Below are positions 1 to 10,096 of a DNA stretch of 41,232 nucleotides, in pieces. Positions within the stretch are counted from its first letter, which is position 1. Every line of letters begins with the position of its first letter. Below the pieces are notes generated by a model, which did not search any database, was not told where the DNA came from, and saw only the letters and a list, made by a program, of their open reading frames with translations. The stretch comes from Neophaeotheca triangularis (Eukaryota). Position numbers and translations under genes: made by a program. The DNA lies in NCBI GenBank assembly GCA_054600435.1, contig BAAIJX010000049.1:124001-165232 (forward strand). The letters run 5' to 3'.

Positions 1-1239
1 TTTGCCGCATCCATGACGACTGGCTGGGAGGTGGAGAAGAAGGAAGACATGAACGAGCTGCTGCTAGGACACCCAGAACTAGACAACGCGAGCTCTCCCG
101 GACCGCTCTTCAAGATACACCTGGTGCACATCAAAGACACGGGAATGTCTGGTTTTGTCCTCATCGCTTCCCACGCCATCATTGACGCCTCCATGACCAA
201 ACTCTGGACCGACGACCTCATCACCTCCATGCACAACACCGGCACTCTCATTCCCCACGTCTCGTTCAAAGACTACTCGGACGCCTTCCTCGCCCACCGC
301 GACGGCCCCGAAGCCAACAAAGGCCTCGCCTACTGGACCAACAAGCTTAGCGGCATTGGTCTCCACCCCACCTCGACCTACTGGCCAGAGCAACGCGCGC
401 CCGAATTTTACAAAGGCAACGACTATGGTTGGCACAACTGGGACGGCAGCAAGCCGACCTCAACCTCCGCCCGCAAAACGCTCCAATCTGCCAAATCCCG
501 CGCCCAACTCGGTGTACGCCGTCTCGCCGCCATCCAAGACATGACGGCGCTCAAGGCCTCGCACAACGTCCCCGTCTTCATGCTCGTCAAATCCGCCATT
601 GCCCTCCTCAATATCCGCCACACTCACGCCCGCGAAGCCATCTTCGGCACCATCAACGCGGCGCGCACCTGGCCCTTTGCCGCCGACTTCACCCCCGACG
701 AAAAATCCAAATACTCGGGCAACCCGCTCGACATTTCCGGCTGCACGGTAGAATACGCTCTCGATCGCATCGCCGTGGATCCAACGACAACGCTCCTCGA
801 ATTCATGCAAACCGTCACCAAAGACGAAGAAACAAACTCAGCCTACATCCACACGCCCTTCAACCGCATCGTCTCGGCCCTGCGCTCACCCACATCCGCC
901 TCGGACCCGCGCAGCCCGGCCGAGCGCGAAACCGACGCCAACGCCCTCGTCCACCTCGTCCGCCGCCAGAGTTTCAACTGGCTGCCCACCTCACCCACGG
1001 CGTCGCAAGACCCCCGGGGCGTCAAGATGGAGCAGATGCTCACGCGCATGGACAACGGGCTCACCATCACCGGCTTCTTGGCCGATGACAAGAAATCCGT
1101 CGCTTTGAGTTTTACCTGGGACGCCGAGCATTTGACTCTGGAGGAGGCTGAAGCGGGGATTGGGGAGTTGAAGGGGTTGTGTGAGGAGTTGGGTCGGAGG
1201 GAGGGATGGGGGAGGAGGGTCGGGGAGCTTGTTGGTTGA
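1..1239 (+). CDS. 3' part (5'-truncated by the window edge) of an NRPS-like protein: C-terminal condensation / CoA-dependent acyltransferase-fold domain
   Basis: Frame is open from base 1 to TGA at 1237-1239. It contains a condensation-type active-site variant VLIASHAIIDAS (cf. HHxxxDG) preceded by PLFKIHLV, followed by YWTNKL, LVKSAIALLN and AIFGTINAARTWP (cf. VxFGxxxxGR). Any adenylation or carrier domains would lie upstream of the window. Confidence 0.65.
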   Translation, partial: FAASMTTGWEVEKKEDMNELLLGHPELDNASSPGPLFKIHLVHIKDTGMSGFVLIASHAIIDASMTKLWTDDLITSMHNTGTLIPHVSFKDYSDAFLAHRDGPEANKGLAYWTNKLSGIGLHPTSTYWPEQRAPEFYKGNDYGWHNWDGSKPTSTSARKTLQSAKSRAQLGVRRLAAIQDMTALKASHNVPVFMLVKSAIALLNIRHTHAREAIFGTINAARTWPFAADFTPDEKSKYSGNPLDISGCTVEYALDRIAVDPTTTLLEFMQTVTKDEETNSAYIHTPFNRIVSALRSPTSASDPRSPAERETDANALVHLVRRQSFNWLPTSPTASQDPRGVKMEQMLTRMDNGLTITGFLADDKKSVALSFTWDAEHLTLEEAEAGIGELKGLCEELGRREGWGRRVGELVG

Positions 1240-1258
1240 ATTAAGGAAAAGGAGGAGG

Positions 1259-1425
1259 AATGGAAACGGGGTTTTTGTGCAGTTTTTGGTTGATTGATTG
1301 TTTGTTGGGGCGAGGGGGATGGGAATGGGATTGTATCGAATGGAAATGGAAACGGGGATGGAATGGAAATGGGGAATGGAATGGGAATGTAAAGGGAAAT
1401 GGGAATGGCAAAGGAATATGGGAAC
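1259..1425 (+). repeat. Degenerate GGAATG/GGAAAT purine-rich simple repeat in the 3' flank
   Basis: Runs such as gggaatgggattg...ggaatggaaatggggaatggaatgggaatg directly after the stop codon. Confidence 0.75.
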
Positions 1426-2073
1426 GGGCGTTTTTGTGTTTTATATTTATGCTGCCATTTCGAGTCATACTCTGGATGTAGGGGACGGATGTTCTTTCTT
1501 TCTCTTCCTATATATATATATATAGATCTAAGGTAGACTTTGGATGTAATGTGGACGCTTTTTTTTTTCCCTTTTTTGTTTTTTTGGAATCTACTGGCTA
1601 TTTTTTTTTTCTTCCCTCTTTTATCTCTTCGCTTTCGATGTAACAGAAGTTCAGCGGTCTGTCCGTTCTTTTTGCCGTAGACAGGTCTAGCTAGCTAGCT
1701 AGGCGGGCTGCTGTGTTGGGGGCTTTTTTTTCCCAGTCGGGGTCCTTGTCCGGATTCATCTGTGTAACGGAGTAAGTAGGCTACCTTGGCTAAGGGGGTG
1801 GTGGCAGTGAGAGAGAAGAAAAGTTAAGCGCGAGTGAGAAGACGAGGAGTGGATATAGTGAGGGTCGTTCGGAGTGGGGCGGGGGTCTTTTGTAGTGGTG
1901 GGCGAATGGGAGTTTATGGGTGAATACGGGGGGAAATGAGGGAAGATTGGGGAGGCTGCTGACAGTGCTATATGGAGTTTTGGGAAATGGCGACTAGAGA
2001 GAGTGCTTCGAGATTGAACTTGTTTCTTGTTTGTTGTTGTCTGCTACCGTCTTTAGCATGCTTACTCTGCTGG

Positions 2074-2276
2074 TTGTAGATTGTAGATTGTAGATTGTAG
2101 ATTGTAGATTGTAGATTGTAGATTGTAGATTACAGATTGTAGATTATAGATTATAGATTATAGATTGTAGATTGTAGATTATAGATTATAGATTATAGAT
2201 TACAGACTACAGATTATAGATTATAGATCACAGATTACAGACTACAGACTGACAGACTACAAACTAACAGACTACA
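2074..2276 (+). repeat. 7-bp tandem repeat, ~28 units (TTGTAGA / TTATAGA / TTACAGA / CTACAGA)
   Basis: 25 consecutive 7-bp units from 2074 to 2248, then three variant units running into the stop codon (2272-2274) of the minus-strand gene. Confidence 0.95.
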
Positions 2277-3750
2277 CTCCCTTCCCCCCCGCAGCTCTCC
2301 CACCCGCAGTCCCACTCCTGCCATCCTCCCCCCTCCCCCTCCCACTCCCCCCGGCCCAACCCCTCCCAACAACCCTCCCCCACCCTTTCCGCAAATCCCC
2401 CTCAATCTCATCAATCACCCGCGCCAACATCTCCGCCGTAGAACCCACAATGACCGACTCCCCCCTGCCCGGGGGAAGGCCCGGGGGGAGGCCCGAGTCC
2501 ACCGTAGCCGTCTCAGCCCCCTCAGCACGAGCTTCCGGAACCCCGGGTGTTGAGCCGCGACTGGCAACCGCCGCCGCCGTCGCGCTCCCGAGACTGGGAG
2601 GTGCTGCTTGCGGGCCCAGCGGGCTGGGCGCGCTGCGGCGTTTGCGGCGGACTGCGCTTGAGTGCACTTCGGCTGCTGTGGGCATGGGTGTGGAGTCTGG
2701 GGGGAGGAGGGGGGGTGGCGGGGTGCTTGGGTGTGGGCGCGATTCGACGCGCGAGAGGGTTGGGAGGGGGGCGTTGGGGTTTGTTGTTGGTTCTGTCGGG
2801 GTTTTGGGGGAGGGGTTCGTGGAGGGTGGAGGGGGGTTGGTGGTTGGGGGGTTGGTGGTGGTGGTGGTGGTGGTGGTGGTGTTGGTGCACTTGGGCGGTA
2901 GGAGCGCGAGTATGTCGTCGAAACTTGTCATCGGGCTGGCGGTGGCGGAAACATCGTGCGCAAGCTCCATGTTCTTGCCCTTCCTGCTCTTCTTCTTCTC
3001 GACAGACGGTGGCGGCGGCGGCGGCGGCGGTGGCGGCGGAACAGGCACGACCACAGGCGATTGCACTCCATACTGCTTCCCCCACCTACACTCACTAGGA
3101 TAATCACAGCCATTAAAGCAATCCTTCTCCCTCCCAGTCTTCAACCTCTGCCCGCCACCCCCTGCCGCCAAACCCGCCAACCCAACTCCCGCCCGCCCCC
3201 AACTCCGCCTCCACCACCCTTTTCCCTCGCCAACAACATCCAAAAATCCCGCCTTCTCGCCCGCTTTAATCCTGTCCCCGAGATCCCGCCTCCAAGTCCC
3301 CCAGGCTTTCCACCCTGCATAATCGAACTCGCTGGCGCAGGCTCTGTGTCGCACGACTCGCTTCCCGGATTTGCGGGTTCGTTTGACCGTCGTGGTGCCC
3401 GCGCAGAAGTAGTGGCCGTCGTCCAGGCAGCGCCGGGTTACGGAGAGTTGGTAGATGCGGTTGCAGAGGTGGCACTGCCAGAGCCAGTGCAATGGGTTGG
3501 GTGGAGGAGGGTGGAGGGCTAAGAGGGCGGTTTTGGTGGAGTTCGAGTTTGGAGTGGCGGTGCTGGGGGTGCGGGAGTGGGAGTGAGCGTGGGAGTGGCT
3601 TGAGGCTAAGAAGGAGTTCGGACGGGATTTGGAGGGTGAGGGGGGTAAGGGCGGTGAGAGCGGGAGTCGTGGGGAGAAGGGTGATGGGGGAATGGCCAGG
3701 CGGGAGGATTTGTAGGGAGTTGGTGTTATTGTCAGGTCTTTGCGAGGCAT
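2272..3750 (-). CDS. Hypothetical Pro/Thr-rich protein with a Cys/His/Trp motif domain (possible metal-binding)
   Basis: 492-aa ORF. An ordered block WLWQCHLCNRIYQLSVTRRCLDDGHYFCAG...ACASEFDYAGWKAWGTWRR...DCFNGCDYPSECRW sits within low-complexity sequence (poly-P, and poly-T from (GGT)n at 2852-2883). Confidence 0.75.
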   Translation of the reverse strand: MPRKDLTITPTPYKSSRLAIPPSPFSPRLPLSPPLPPSPSKSRPNSFLASSHSHAHSHSRTPSTATPNSNSTKTALLALHPPPPNPLHWLWQCHLCNRIYQLSVTRRCLDDGHYFCAGTTTVKRTRKSGKRVVRHRACASEFDYAGWKAWGTWRRDLGDRIKAGEKAGFLDVVGEGKGWWRRSWGRAGVGLAGLAAGGGGQRLKTGREKDCFNGCDYPSECRWGKQYGVQSPVVVPVPPPPPPPPPPPSVEKKKSRKGKNMELAHDVSATASPMTSFDDILALLPPKCTNTTTTTTTTTNPPTTNPPPPSTNPSPKTPTEPTTNPNAPLPTLSRVESRPHPSTPPPPLLPPDSTPMPTAAEVHSSAVRRKRRSAPSPLGPQAAPPSLGSATAAAVASRGSTPGVPEARAEGAETATVDSGLPPGLPPGRGESVIVGSTAEMLARVIDEIEGDLRKGWGRVVGRGWAGGSGRGRGEDGRSGTAGGRAAGGKGV

Positions 3751-4177
3751 GGTTGTGATGGTGTTTTAGGTTCTGTCGCTTTTGTGCGCTACTATTGTTG
3801 ACAAAGGCCGGCTTCGCTGGTTGCTCGTAGCTTTGGTTGTATGTTGATACAGTAGGCTGTAGGTGAATTGTAGTAGCGGACACAGTCCGAATGGCGTTAT
3901 AACAGCGATGGTGGGAGTGTGGAAAAAGCGAGGGAGGATAGACGCCAGTAATGTGCTTTTACCTACTCGGATGGAGATTGCAATACCTTTGCGGTACACA
4001 TTCTTCGTCTTCAAGACAAAGATTTTTCCCGCATATAGACTCGAGGTCTTGCCACTGCTTTCTTTGTTACGACATGACTTTGGCTTTGTCCGTCAAAGAC
4101 AAATTTCGGCGTTTCATCAACGTTGGATTCGTATCTACTTTTCCTTTGTCTCTTCGAGTTGCCGTCGGTCGGTGCGT

Positions 4178-5428
4178 TTATGACGCCTCGTCAATCTTCA
4201 TCTTCGCCATGGCCTCTGCAGCTGAAGAGCCGACATTCGCAGCATCTGCTCCAGGGCCCTCAACGCTGCCATCAGGTTTGGCGGCAATGGCGCCGCTCGC
4301 TTCCATTTCTGCCTTAAGTCTTGGGTTTCTGCTGGGGTCGCCCAAGTTCTTCTCCTTCTTCTTCTTAGCCGGGGGTGGTGGGTAGGCTTTTTGCTCAATC
4401 TCCTGCGCCTCCTTTGAATCGTTGAAGCTTTGTTGAATGGGAGCAAGCAGGTTCAAAAGTGCTTCAGTAACAGCTGGTTTGAGAGTTTGCGGCTGCAGAA
4501 CGTCTGCCTCATAGTCCTTGCGCATGTCTTCGATGTTGGAGTAGACGAGAGGTTCGGCGTCTCGCCTCTCAACTACAAATCTGGGGGTGCCGTTGTTCTT
4601 CAGCGCGGAGACGGGTAGGATCACAAACTCCGTAAAGCTGAGCACGCCGTTCCCTTCTACCTGCTTCGGTGGGCAGAAGGCTTTCTTCAGTTTCCGCTTG
4701 ACGTCGTTGGGTGCGTCAAGGAAGTCAATCTTGCTGTCGGGCTCGCTGGAGCTCATCTTGCCACCCTCTTGTAGACCAGGGATGAGTGGATTCATGAGAT
4801 GCGCGCGCTTTGCGTAGCCAATGTGCGGAAGGGCCTCGGATGCCAAGGTGAAGATTTTCCTTTGATCGAGGCCACCAAACTGTGCGTCGACTTCAAGGTA
4901 CTCTTCATCCAGGGCTTGCATGAGAGGGTAGATGAGGTTGCTCAAGGGTGGACTGGCCATCTGCTTGACGACATCACTACCGGCCTTCTCCGCGTCACGC
5001 ACAGATTCCGTGGTGGACAAACGGAGCAGGTCGAAAAAGTAGGATCGCTCTGTTCCTCCTCGAATCTGGTAATCGCTACCGATGACGAACTTGAGCCTGT
5101 CGACGCTGACGTTGCATGCCTTTAGGGCTTCGGTGATGACGAATTTGTAGTACTTGACACGCTGCTCTACCAGCTCAATGGGAGATTTGAGGGCATCCAG
5201 GAAGCCGTGGACGTCTGCCAGGAGAACAACGACTTCACATCCGGCGGCCAGGAACTCGGCAATCTTCAACATGGGCACAAAGTAACCGCAGTGGGGCTTG
5301 CCAGTCGTGGCAGTTCCCCAGTAAATTTTGAGAGGGCGTTCATTTTTCTTGAGCACTTCCTCTATGATTTCCGGGTTGAGAACTTCTTGGAGGTTGGAAG
5401 TGATGAGCTTGAATTTGTCGGTGTCCAT
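4178..5428 (-). CDS. TYS1: Cytoplasmic tyrosyl-tRNA synthetase
   Basis: Intronless 416-aa ORF with YWGTATTGKPHCGY (HIGH-like), YPLMQALDEEYLEVDAQFGGLDQRKIF, KMSSS and SKIDFLD...KKAFC, all typical of eukaryotic cytoplasmic TyrRS. Confidence 0.97.
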   Translation of the reverse strand: MDTDKFKLITSNLQEVLNPEIIEEVLKKNERPLKIYWGTATTGKPHCGYFVPMLKIAEFLAAGCEVVVLLADVHGFLDALKSPIELVEQRVKYYKFVITEALKACNVSVDRLKFVIGSDYQIRGGTERSYFFDLLRLSTTESVRDAEKAGSDVVKQMASPPLSNLIYPLMQALDEEYLEVDAQFGGLDQRKIFTLASEALPHIGYAKRAHLMNPLIPGLQEGGKMSSSEPDSKIDFLDAPNDVKRKLKKAFCPPKQVEGNGVLSFTEFVILPVSALKNNGTPRFVVERRDAEPLVYSNIEDMRKDYEADVLQPQTLKPAVTEALLNLLAPIQQSFNDSKEAQEIEQKAYPPPPAKKKKEKNLGDPSRNPRLKAEMEASGAIAAKPDGSVEGPGADAANVGSSAAEAMAKMKIDEAS

Positions 5429-5881
5429 GGTTGAAATGACTTGTTTCGACGCCGATGTTATTTAGTTTTCGGTACGTAGTTTCACGTGAAATATGCGACA
5501 AGGACGAGGTGAAGTGAAGGGAGTCACACGGTGCGCGAATGCATTGAATCAGATGGGTAAGTTAAGGTAAGATAAGATAAGATATGGGAAATCTGGTCTG
5601 GGTGAGTCAGCAGCAGATGCCGCGACGGTCGCTGTTTCATGCCAGTGCCAAGACCGTCTCGAGTCGAATGCGCCGGCGAAGTCAATACGAGAATACTATA
5701 TGTATACGTAGCAACAACAACATTAAATAACTTGACATTATCGATACACGTACCCTCTCTCCCAGGAGAAGTGTCGCGCCCTTACGTCTCCCCCATTCAA
5801 CGACTACATATGTACAACGTCCGTCATACATTGACATGACCGTAAGATGACATCCATGATCGTGGGAAACTTGGCGCGACA
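5429..5881. promoter_or_regulatory. Short divergent promoter with a Gcn4/CpcA-type site (TGAGTCA, 5603-5609), palindromic E-box (TTTCACGTGAAA, 5480-5491) and GATAAG repeats (~5571-5584)
   Basis: 453 bp separate two head-to-head start codons. The motifs are read directly; their function is inferred. Confidence 0.5.
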
Positions 5882-8800
5882 ATGGATAAAACAATGAACG
5901 AATCCTCCACCAACCGAGTCCAAGACGAGGCCCCAATGCCACCACAGCCTGTCCAGGACGAGCCCACGGCTGCCACCAAGGAGGAGTTGAAAGTGTTGGA
6001 GACAGCAGACCAATCGACTTCAGCAGAGCTGGACCAACCAGCCTCCTCCTTTACAGCGTCAGCGCAGGCCTTCACGGACAAGGCGTTACATTTCCTCTCT
6101 CACGCCAGTAATGAGACCCTCGGGGCATGCTTCCTAGGGCTGGGCGCTTCTACCTATGTGGTGCTTGGTCGTCTTGGGTTAGTATGCATAGGCGTGGCAG
6201 GAGGTGTAGTACTGCATGCCACCTGGGAGGGTATCCGAGGCGACGACCGAGACGAAGCTACAAGAAATTCGGAGCGGGACAAGCAGAAAGAGACTGGCAT
6301 TGAGGTTACGAGGCGTATACTGGCATGGAGGGGAGACACCAGCTCCGAACAATCGCAACAAGAGGATCTCAGACTCCACTCCCAGCAGGATCTGGACTTC
6401 AGTCGCTTCGATCCAGAGACGGAGAAGGCTCTCAATCATTTCACGGACTCAGTTGTCAAGGACTATGTACATTACTGGTACGACCCCGTCTTACCCGGCG
6501 AGGAGACGTTTCCAGTACAATGCAAACGAACTCTCACGGCTTTCATGCTATCTCTTTCCAACCATCTACAACGAAAACGACCCGCAGACGCTTTTCTCGA
6601 CTTTATGACAAATGCCAGTTCCATCATCATCGTCTTCTTGAACGAGCTATCAGCCGCGCTTAACGCCTCACCCAACGTGTCCGCCGAAGAGGCAGTGGCA
6701 GCGTATCTACAGATGAAACCAGACAGCAATCTAGCACATATATTGGACGAGAAGAACCAGACTTTCAAGCTCTCTACAGTGGCGGAGGACATCTTACAGT
6801 CATACTTGGATCCAAAAGCATACAATTGCCCGCCTGTACATGCTTTCCTGAAGCAAGTACTAGCACAGATGGTGCTTGGATATAGCATCACAATGTGCTC
6901 AGAACCGGACTGGATCAACGAGTGGATCGTGTACGGCTTAGAGGAGTCCGAGACGAGTAGCAAAGTGATGAACATTGTAGATGCTGGTGTGGAGGGAAGA
7001 GAACAAGAGCCTCCCAAGACGCCGGGTGCTTCAGACGCGGAGAAAGTGGGTAGTACTAGACAGGACGACCCCTCTGAACGGCCAAAGCTGGAACACAAGA
7101 GAGGTATAAGCAGAGCCGAAGACGCCATGGAAGAGGCGATGCAAGAAGCGCGCAGATTGACGGAGATGATGATGGAAGAGGATAGACGAAGGGAGCAGGA
7201 AGAGAGGGAGAAGCAAGCTGCAGTGAGCAGCTCCGAGGATGTCTCGGCACCGACTACCCACGGAGCGCCAACACCCACCTCGAGCCAGAGTGATGGCGAG
7301 AGACAAGAGCAGGAAGCTGCTGCTTGGGGCAAAGAGAATACCGATACTACACCTAGCACTCCCAGTGTTGAGAAGCAGCCATTCACTAGCTTCGATCAGC
7401 TGGCAAACGCGCAGCAGCCTACAGCATTCATGGACAGCCCAGACAAGAAACGTCTCGAGCCGCCACAACTGACACTGCACGACGCAAGCATATCCATTTT
7501 CGACGATTCCGAGCCCAACGACCGCGCCGCCCTCAGGAAGAAGCCCGAAGGCGACTACTTGATCCAGATCGAGCCTGCAAGCAAGCAATTCACAGGGTGG
7601 ATGATTGCCAGAAAGTACATCGATTTCGAGGCTCTGCACGAAGTTCTTAGACGTATCAGCGTCATCACAGGTACAAACTTCACTTCCGCACACAGCGAGC
7701 TTCCCAAGTGGAAAATCCACACCAAGGCGTCTTTACGCACGGAGCTGGAGCGCTACCTGACGGATGCCGTGCGTTTCCAACCCCTAGCTGAGAGCGAAGG
7801 CATGAAACGGTTTTTGGAAAAGGACCTGCACCTGACCAAGAGTTCCGGCGATAAAGGCAAAGGTTTGAGCTGGCCAACTCCAGACGCTTTCGGCCAGTTC
7901 GGCGGTGACATGATCAACGTGCTCTCCAAGGCCCCAAAAGGTGTCGCGGGCGGCGGAAAAGCCATATTTGGTGGTGTGGCAGGTGTGTTGGGTGGGGGAA
8001 AGAAAGGCAACCAGTCTCAGGCTAGCCTAAGCAAAAGTAACATCAATGCGGCCGAAAGCTCGGCCACCCACAAATCTCGTCCGAGTTCAGGTCAACCTCT
8101 AGCGAGCGACAATTCCAGGCCATCCATGGACCGGAGCCGTCTGAGTCAAGACTCCACCCGTTCAGTACAGAGACCAGGACTTGACCGCAAGGCCAGCCTA
8201 GCAACGACCGCGAATGGCGAACCCAAGCCCAGACCAAGCGAGTCGTCCCAACGTGTCAGTCTGGAGCAGAGCAGACCGCCGTCCGTAGCGGGCACGCAGA
8301 CGCCACCAACTTCAGCACCCCAAACAACAACATCACCCACAGCCAAAAGCGTTGCAGACGGGTTCGACCTCCCGCCTCCACCATCAGATATCCCTGACGA
8401 TTACGGCACGTCCGCGCACCGCCGTGGCCAGGCTAGCCGCGCTTCCACGAACGTCGACTCGCGTATCTCGCTCGAGCAACAACAGGCATCCAATTCACCA
8501 GCGCAGTCATCACAACCCCAACAGCCACCACAATCAACCCAAACTCCAGCGACTACCACCACCACCCCAACTTCCCCCGCCAAAACCGCCCCCCTAACCG
8601 AACGCGAAACCTCTGTCCTAATCGAACTAACCTTCGCCCTCATAACGGCCCTCTACACCCTCTCCTCCGCCTGGCAATTCCGCCACACCCTGCTCAAAAC
8701 AGCCAAAACCTACCTCCTTCGGCCCCAAAACCCACAACTCCTCTCCATCCAATCCCTAATCCAGAAATCCCTCCTCGAAGCCCAAACCTCGGACGCCGGA

Positions 8801-9094
8801 ATCGCAGGTCTCATCTACAAACTGCGCGCTTCGGCGTTGCCCACGGAAGAGGAGCTGAAGACATGGGAAAGGGAGCATCCGCCTAAGAGCGCCGAGGAGA
8901 GGGAGAAGCTGAGGGTTAAGGCTAGGAGGTTGTTGGTCGAGCGCGGTATGCCGGTTGCCGTTAGTGGGGTCATGGGGGCGGCGGCGAGTGGGGAGGCTTT
9001 GGGGAGGGTTTTTGATTGTTTGCAGGTGAGAGCTGTGGCGAGGGGGGTTGTGTTTGGCTTGGCTTTGCAGGGAGTTAGGGTTTTGGGGCATTAG
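5882..9094 (+). CDS. PXA- and PX-domain sorting-nexin-like membrane protein (Mdm1/SNX13-14-19-25-related, no obvious RGS domain)
   Basis: 1070-aa ORF. N-terminal hydrophobic segment (LGACFLGLGASTYVVLGRLGLVCIGVAGGVVL), PXA-like ALNHFTDSVVKDYVHYWY...CSEPDWINEWI, PX-like YLIQIEP...GWMIARKYIDFEALHEVL...LERYL...MKRFLEK, and a Nexin_C-like helical C-terminus. The start could be the ATG at 5894. Confidence 0.85.
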   Translation: MDKTMNESSTNRVQDEAPMPPQPVQDEPTAATKEELKVLETADQSTSAELDQPASSFTASAQAFTDKALHFLSHASNETLGACFLGLGASTYVVLGRLGLVCIGVAGGVVLHATWEGIRGDDRDEATRNSERDKQKETGIEVTRRILAWRGDTSSEQSQQEDLRLHSQQDLDFSRFDPETEKALNHFTDSVVKDYVHYWYDPVLPGEETFPVQCKRTLTAFMLSLSNHLQRKRPADAFLDFMTNASSIIIVFLNELSAALNASPNVSAEEAVAAYLQMKPDSNLAHILDEKNQTFKLSTVAEDILQSYLDPKAYNCPPVHAFLKQVLAQMVLGYSITMCSEPDWINEWIVYGLEESETSSKVMNIVDAGVEGREQEPPKTPGASDAEKVGSTRQDDPSERPKLEHKRGISRAEDAMEEAMQEARRLTEMMMEEDRRREQEEREKQAAVSSSEDVSAPTTHGAPTPTSSQSDGERQEQEAAAWGKENTDTTPSTPSVEKQPFTSFDQLANAQQPTAFMDSPDKKRLEPPQLTLHDASISIFDDSEPNDRAALRKKPEGDYLIQIEPASKQFTGWMIARKYIDFEALHEVLRRISVITGTNFTSAHSELPKWKIHTKASLRTELERYLTDAVRFQPLAESEGMKRFLEKDLHLTKSSGDKGKGLSWPTPDAFGQFGGDMINVLSKAPKGVAGGGKAIFGGVAGVLGGGKKGNQSQASLSKSNINAAESSATHKSRPSSGQPLASDNSRPSMDRSRLSQDSTRSVQRPGLDRKASLATTANGEPKPRPSESSQRVSLEQSRPPSVAGTQTPPTSAPQTTTSPTAKSVADGFDLPPPPSDIPDDYGTSAHRRGQASRASTNVDSRISLEQQQASNSPAQSSQPQQPPQSTQTPATTTTTPTSPAKTAPLTERETSVLIELTFALITALYTLSSAWQFRHTLLKTAKTYLLRPQNPQLLSIQSLIQKSLLEAQTSDAGIAGLIYKLRASALPTEEELKTWEREHPPKSAEEREKLRVKARRLLVERGMPVAVSGVMGAAASGEALGRVFDCLQVRAVARGVVFGLALQGVRVLGH

Positions 9095-10046
9095 AGTTGA
9101 GGTGGGAGGGTTGGGGATTTTTATGGCGCGTTAAGAAGGTATTTCGTTGCGTTTTGACTGGAAGGAAGGGGGGTTGGTTTAGCGGTGCGCTGGGCGTGGT
9201 GTACCTGGATCTTGGGGTGGGATTGTCGATGTGAGCCACGTCTTTACGAGGTCGTGGCACGCCAAGCGGGAGAAGAATAGCACGGATCACGGTCTACTTT
9301 GTTCGGCGACTGAGTGGCTAGCTGGTTAGTCTCAGAGAATACAGGCAGGCGCAAGCGAGACGGGCACACCGACTTGCATGTCACAATAACTTTTCGCCAC
9401 CGCCCCCTCCCTCTTCTCCCTTCCTATGCCGCTCACAAGCTAGAGATGAGGAAAACCAAAATGCACCAACGTTCGTCTCTATCCCGTCTGTTCATCGGCC
9501 ATTTCCCCCAGCCTCAACGAGCATCGACTACCTTGAAAGCCTTCCAGTCCCTCCAACAGTAGACGGAATCTCCGCAGCCCTGCGCCGCCGGAGCAGCAAC
9601 ACCAAGTCAGGCCACCAACCGGCCAAGAACTAGAGCGCAAGCCCACCAAATAAAACAACATCAAGAATCAGACAAGGCACTGCCTTCTTGGACGGGGAGG
9701 ATAGCAGGCACCCACGGCGAGAAGGGTACCTTAACTGCTCAAACAAAACGCCGGAGCCGGTAGACCCAGAACTTCCCTATACAAAGCAACGAGAAAATCA
9801 AGAGTCCCCCCTCCTCTCCCAGCCCGCGCTGCTGTCTTCAACCAACCCTCAAAAGCATCGCTCGCTCCGACCTTGCTATCAAGAATAGATACAAAGACGA
9901 TCCCACCCACTTTAAAAGGCACACCGCGGAACCAAGGAGACGTGATGGAAGAGGGAAACCCCGCGAGAATTGCATTGAAAAGCCGCTCAGGCTTGCTTTT
10001 TACCCTGGGCCTACCGTTATACTTGCTTATTTACTTACTCACTTAC

Positions 10047-10096
10047 ATATATACATACATATATAGATATAGATATAGATATATATACATACATAC
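10047..10096. repeat. AT-rich microsatellite (ATAT/ATAGAT/ATAC)
   Basis: atatatacatacatatatagatatagatatagatatatatacatacatac between two convergent genes. Confidence 0.8.

Noticed and set aside
429..1088. 219-aa alternative-frame ORF, and the many similar overlapping or antisense ORFs in the track (e.g. 6472-7386, 16648-17553, 34511-35257, 39814-40848)
   Set aside because: They are shadows of GC-rich, codon-biased real genes; Arg/Pro-rich with no motifs.
1688..1702. (TAGC)n self-complementary runs, also near 15370 and 32495
   Set aside because: Short simple repeats with no consistent spacing or flanking structure.
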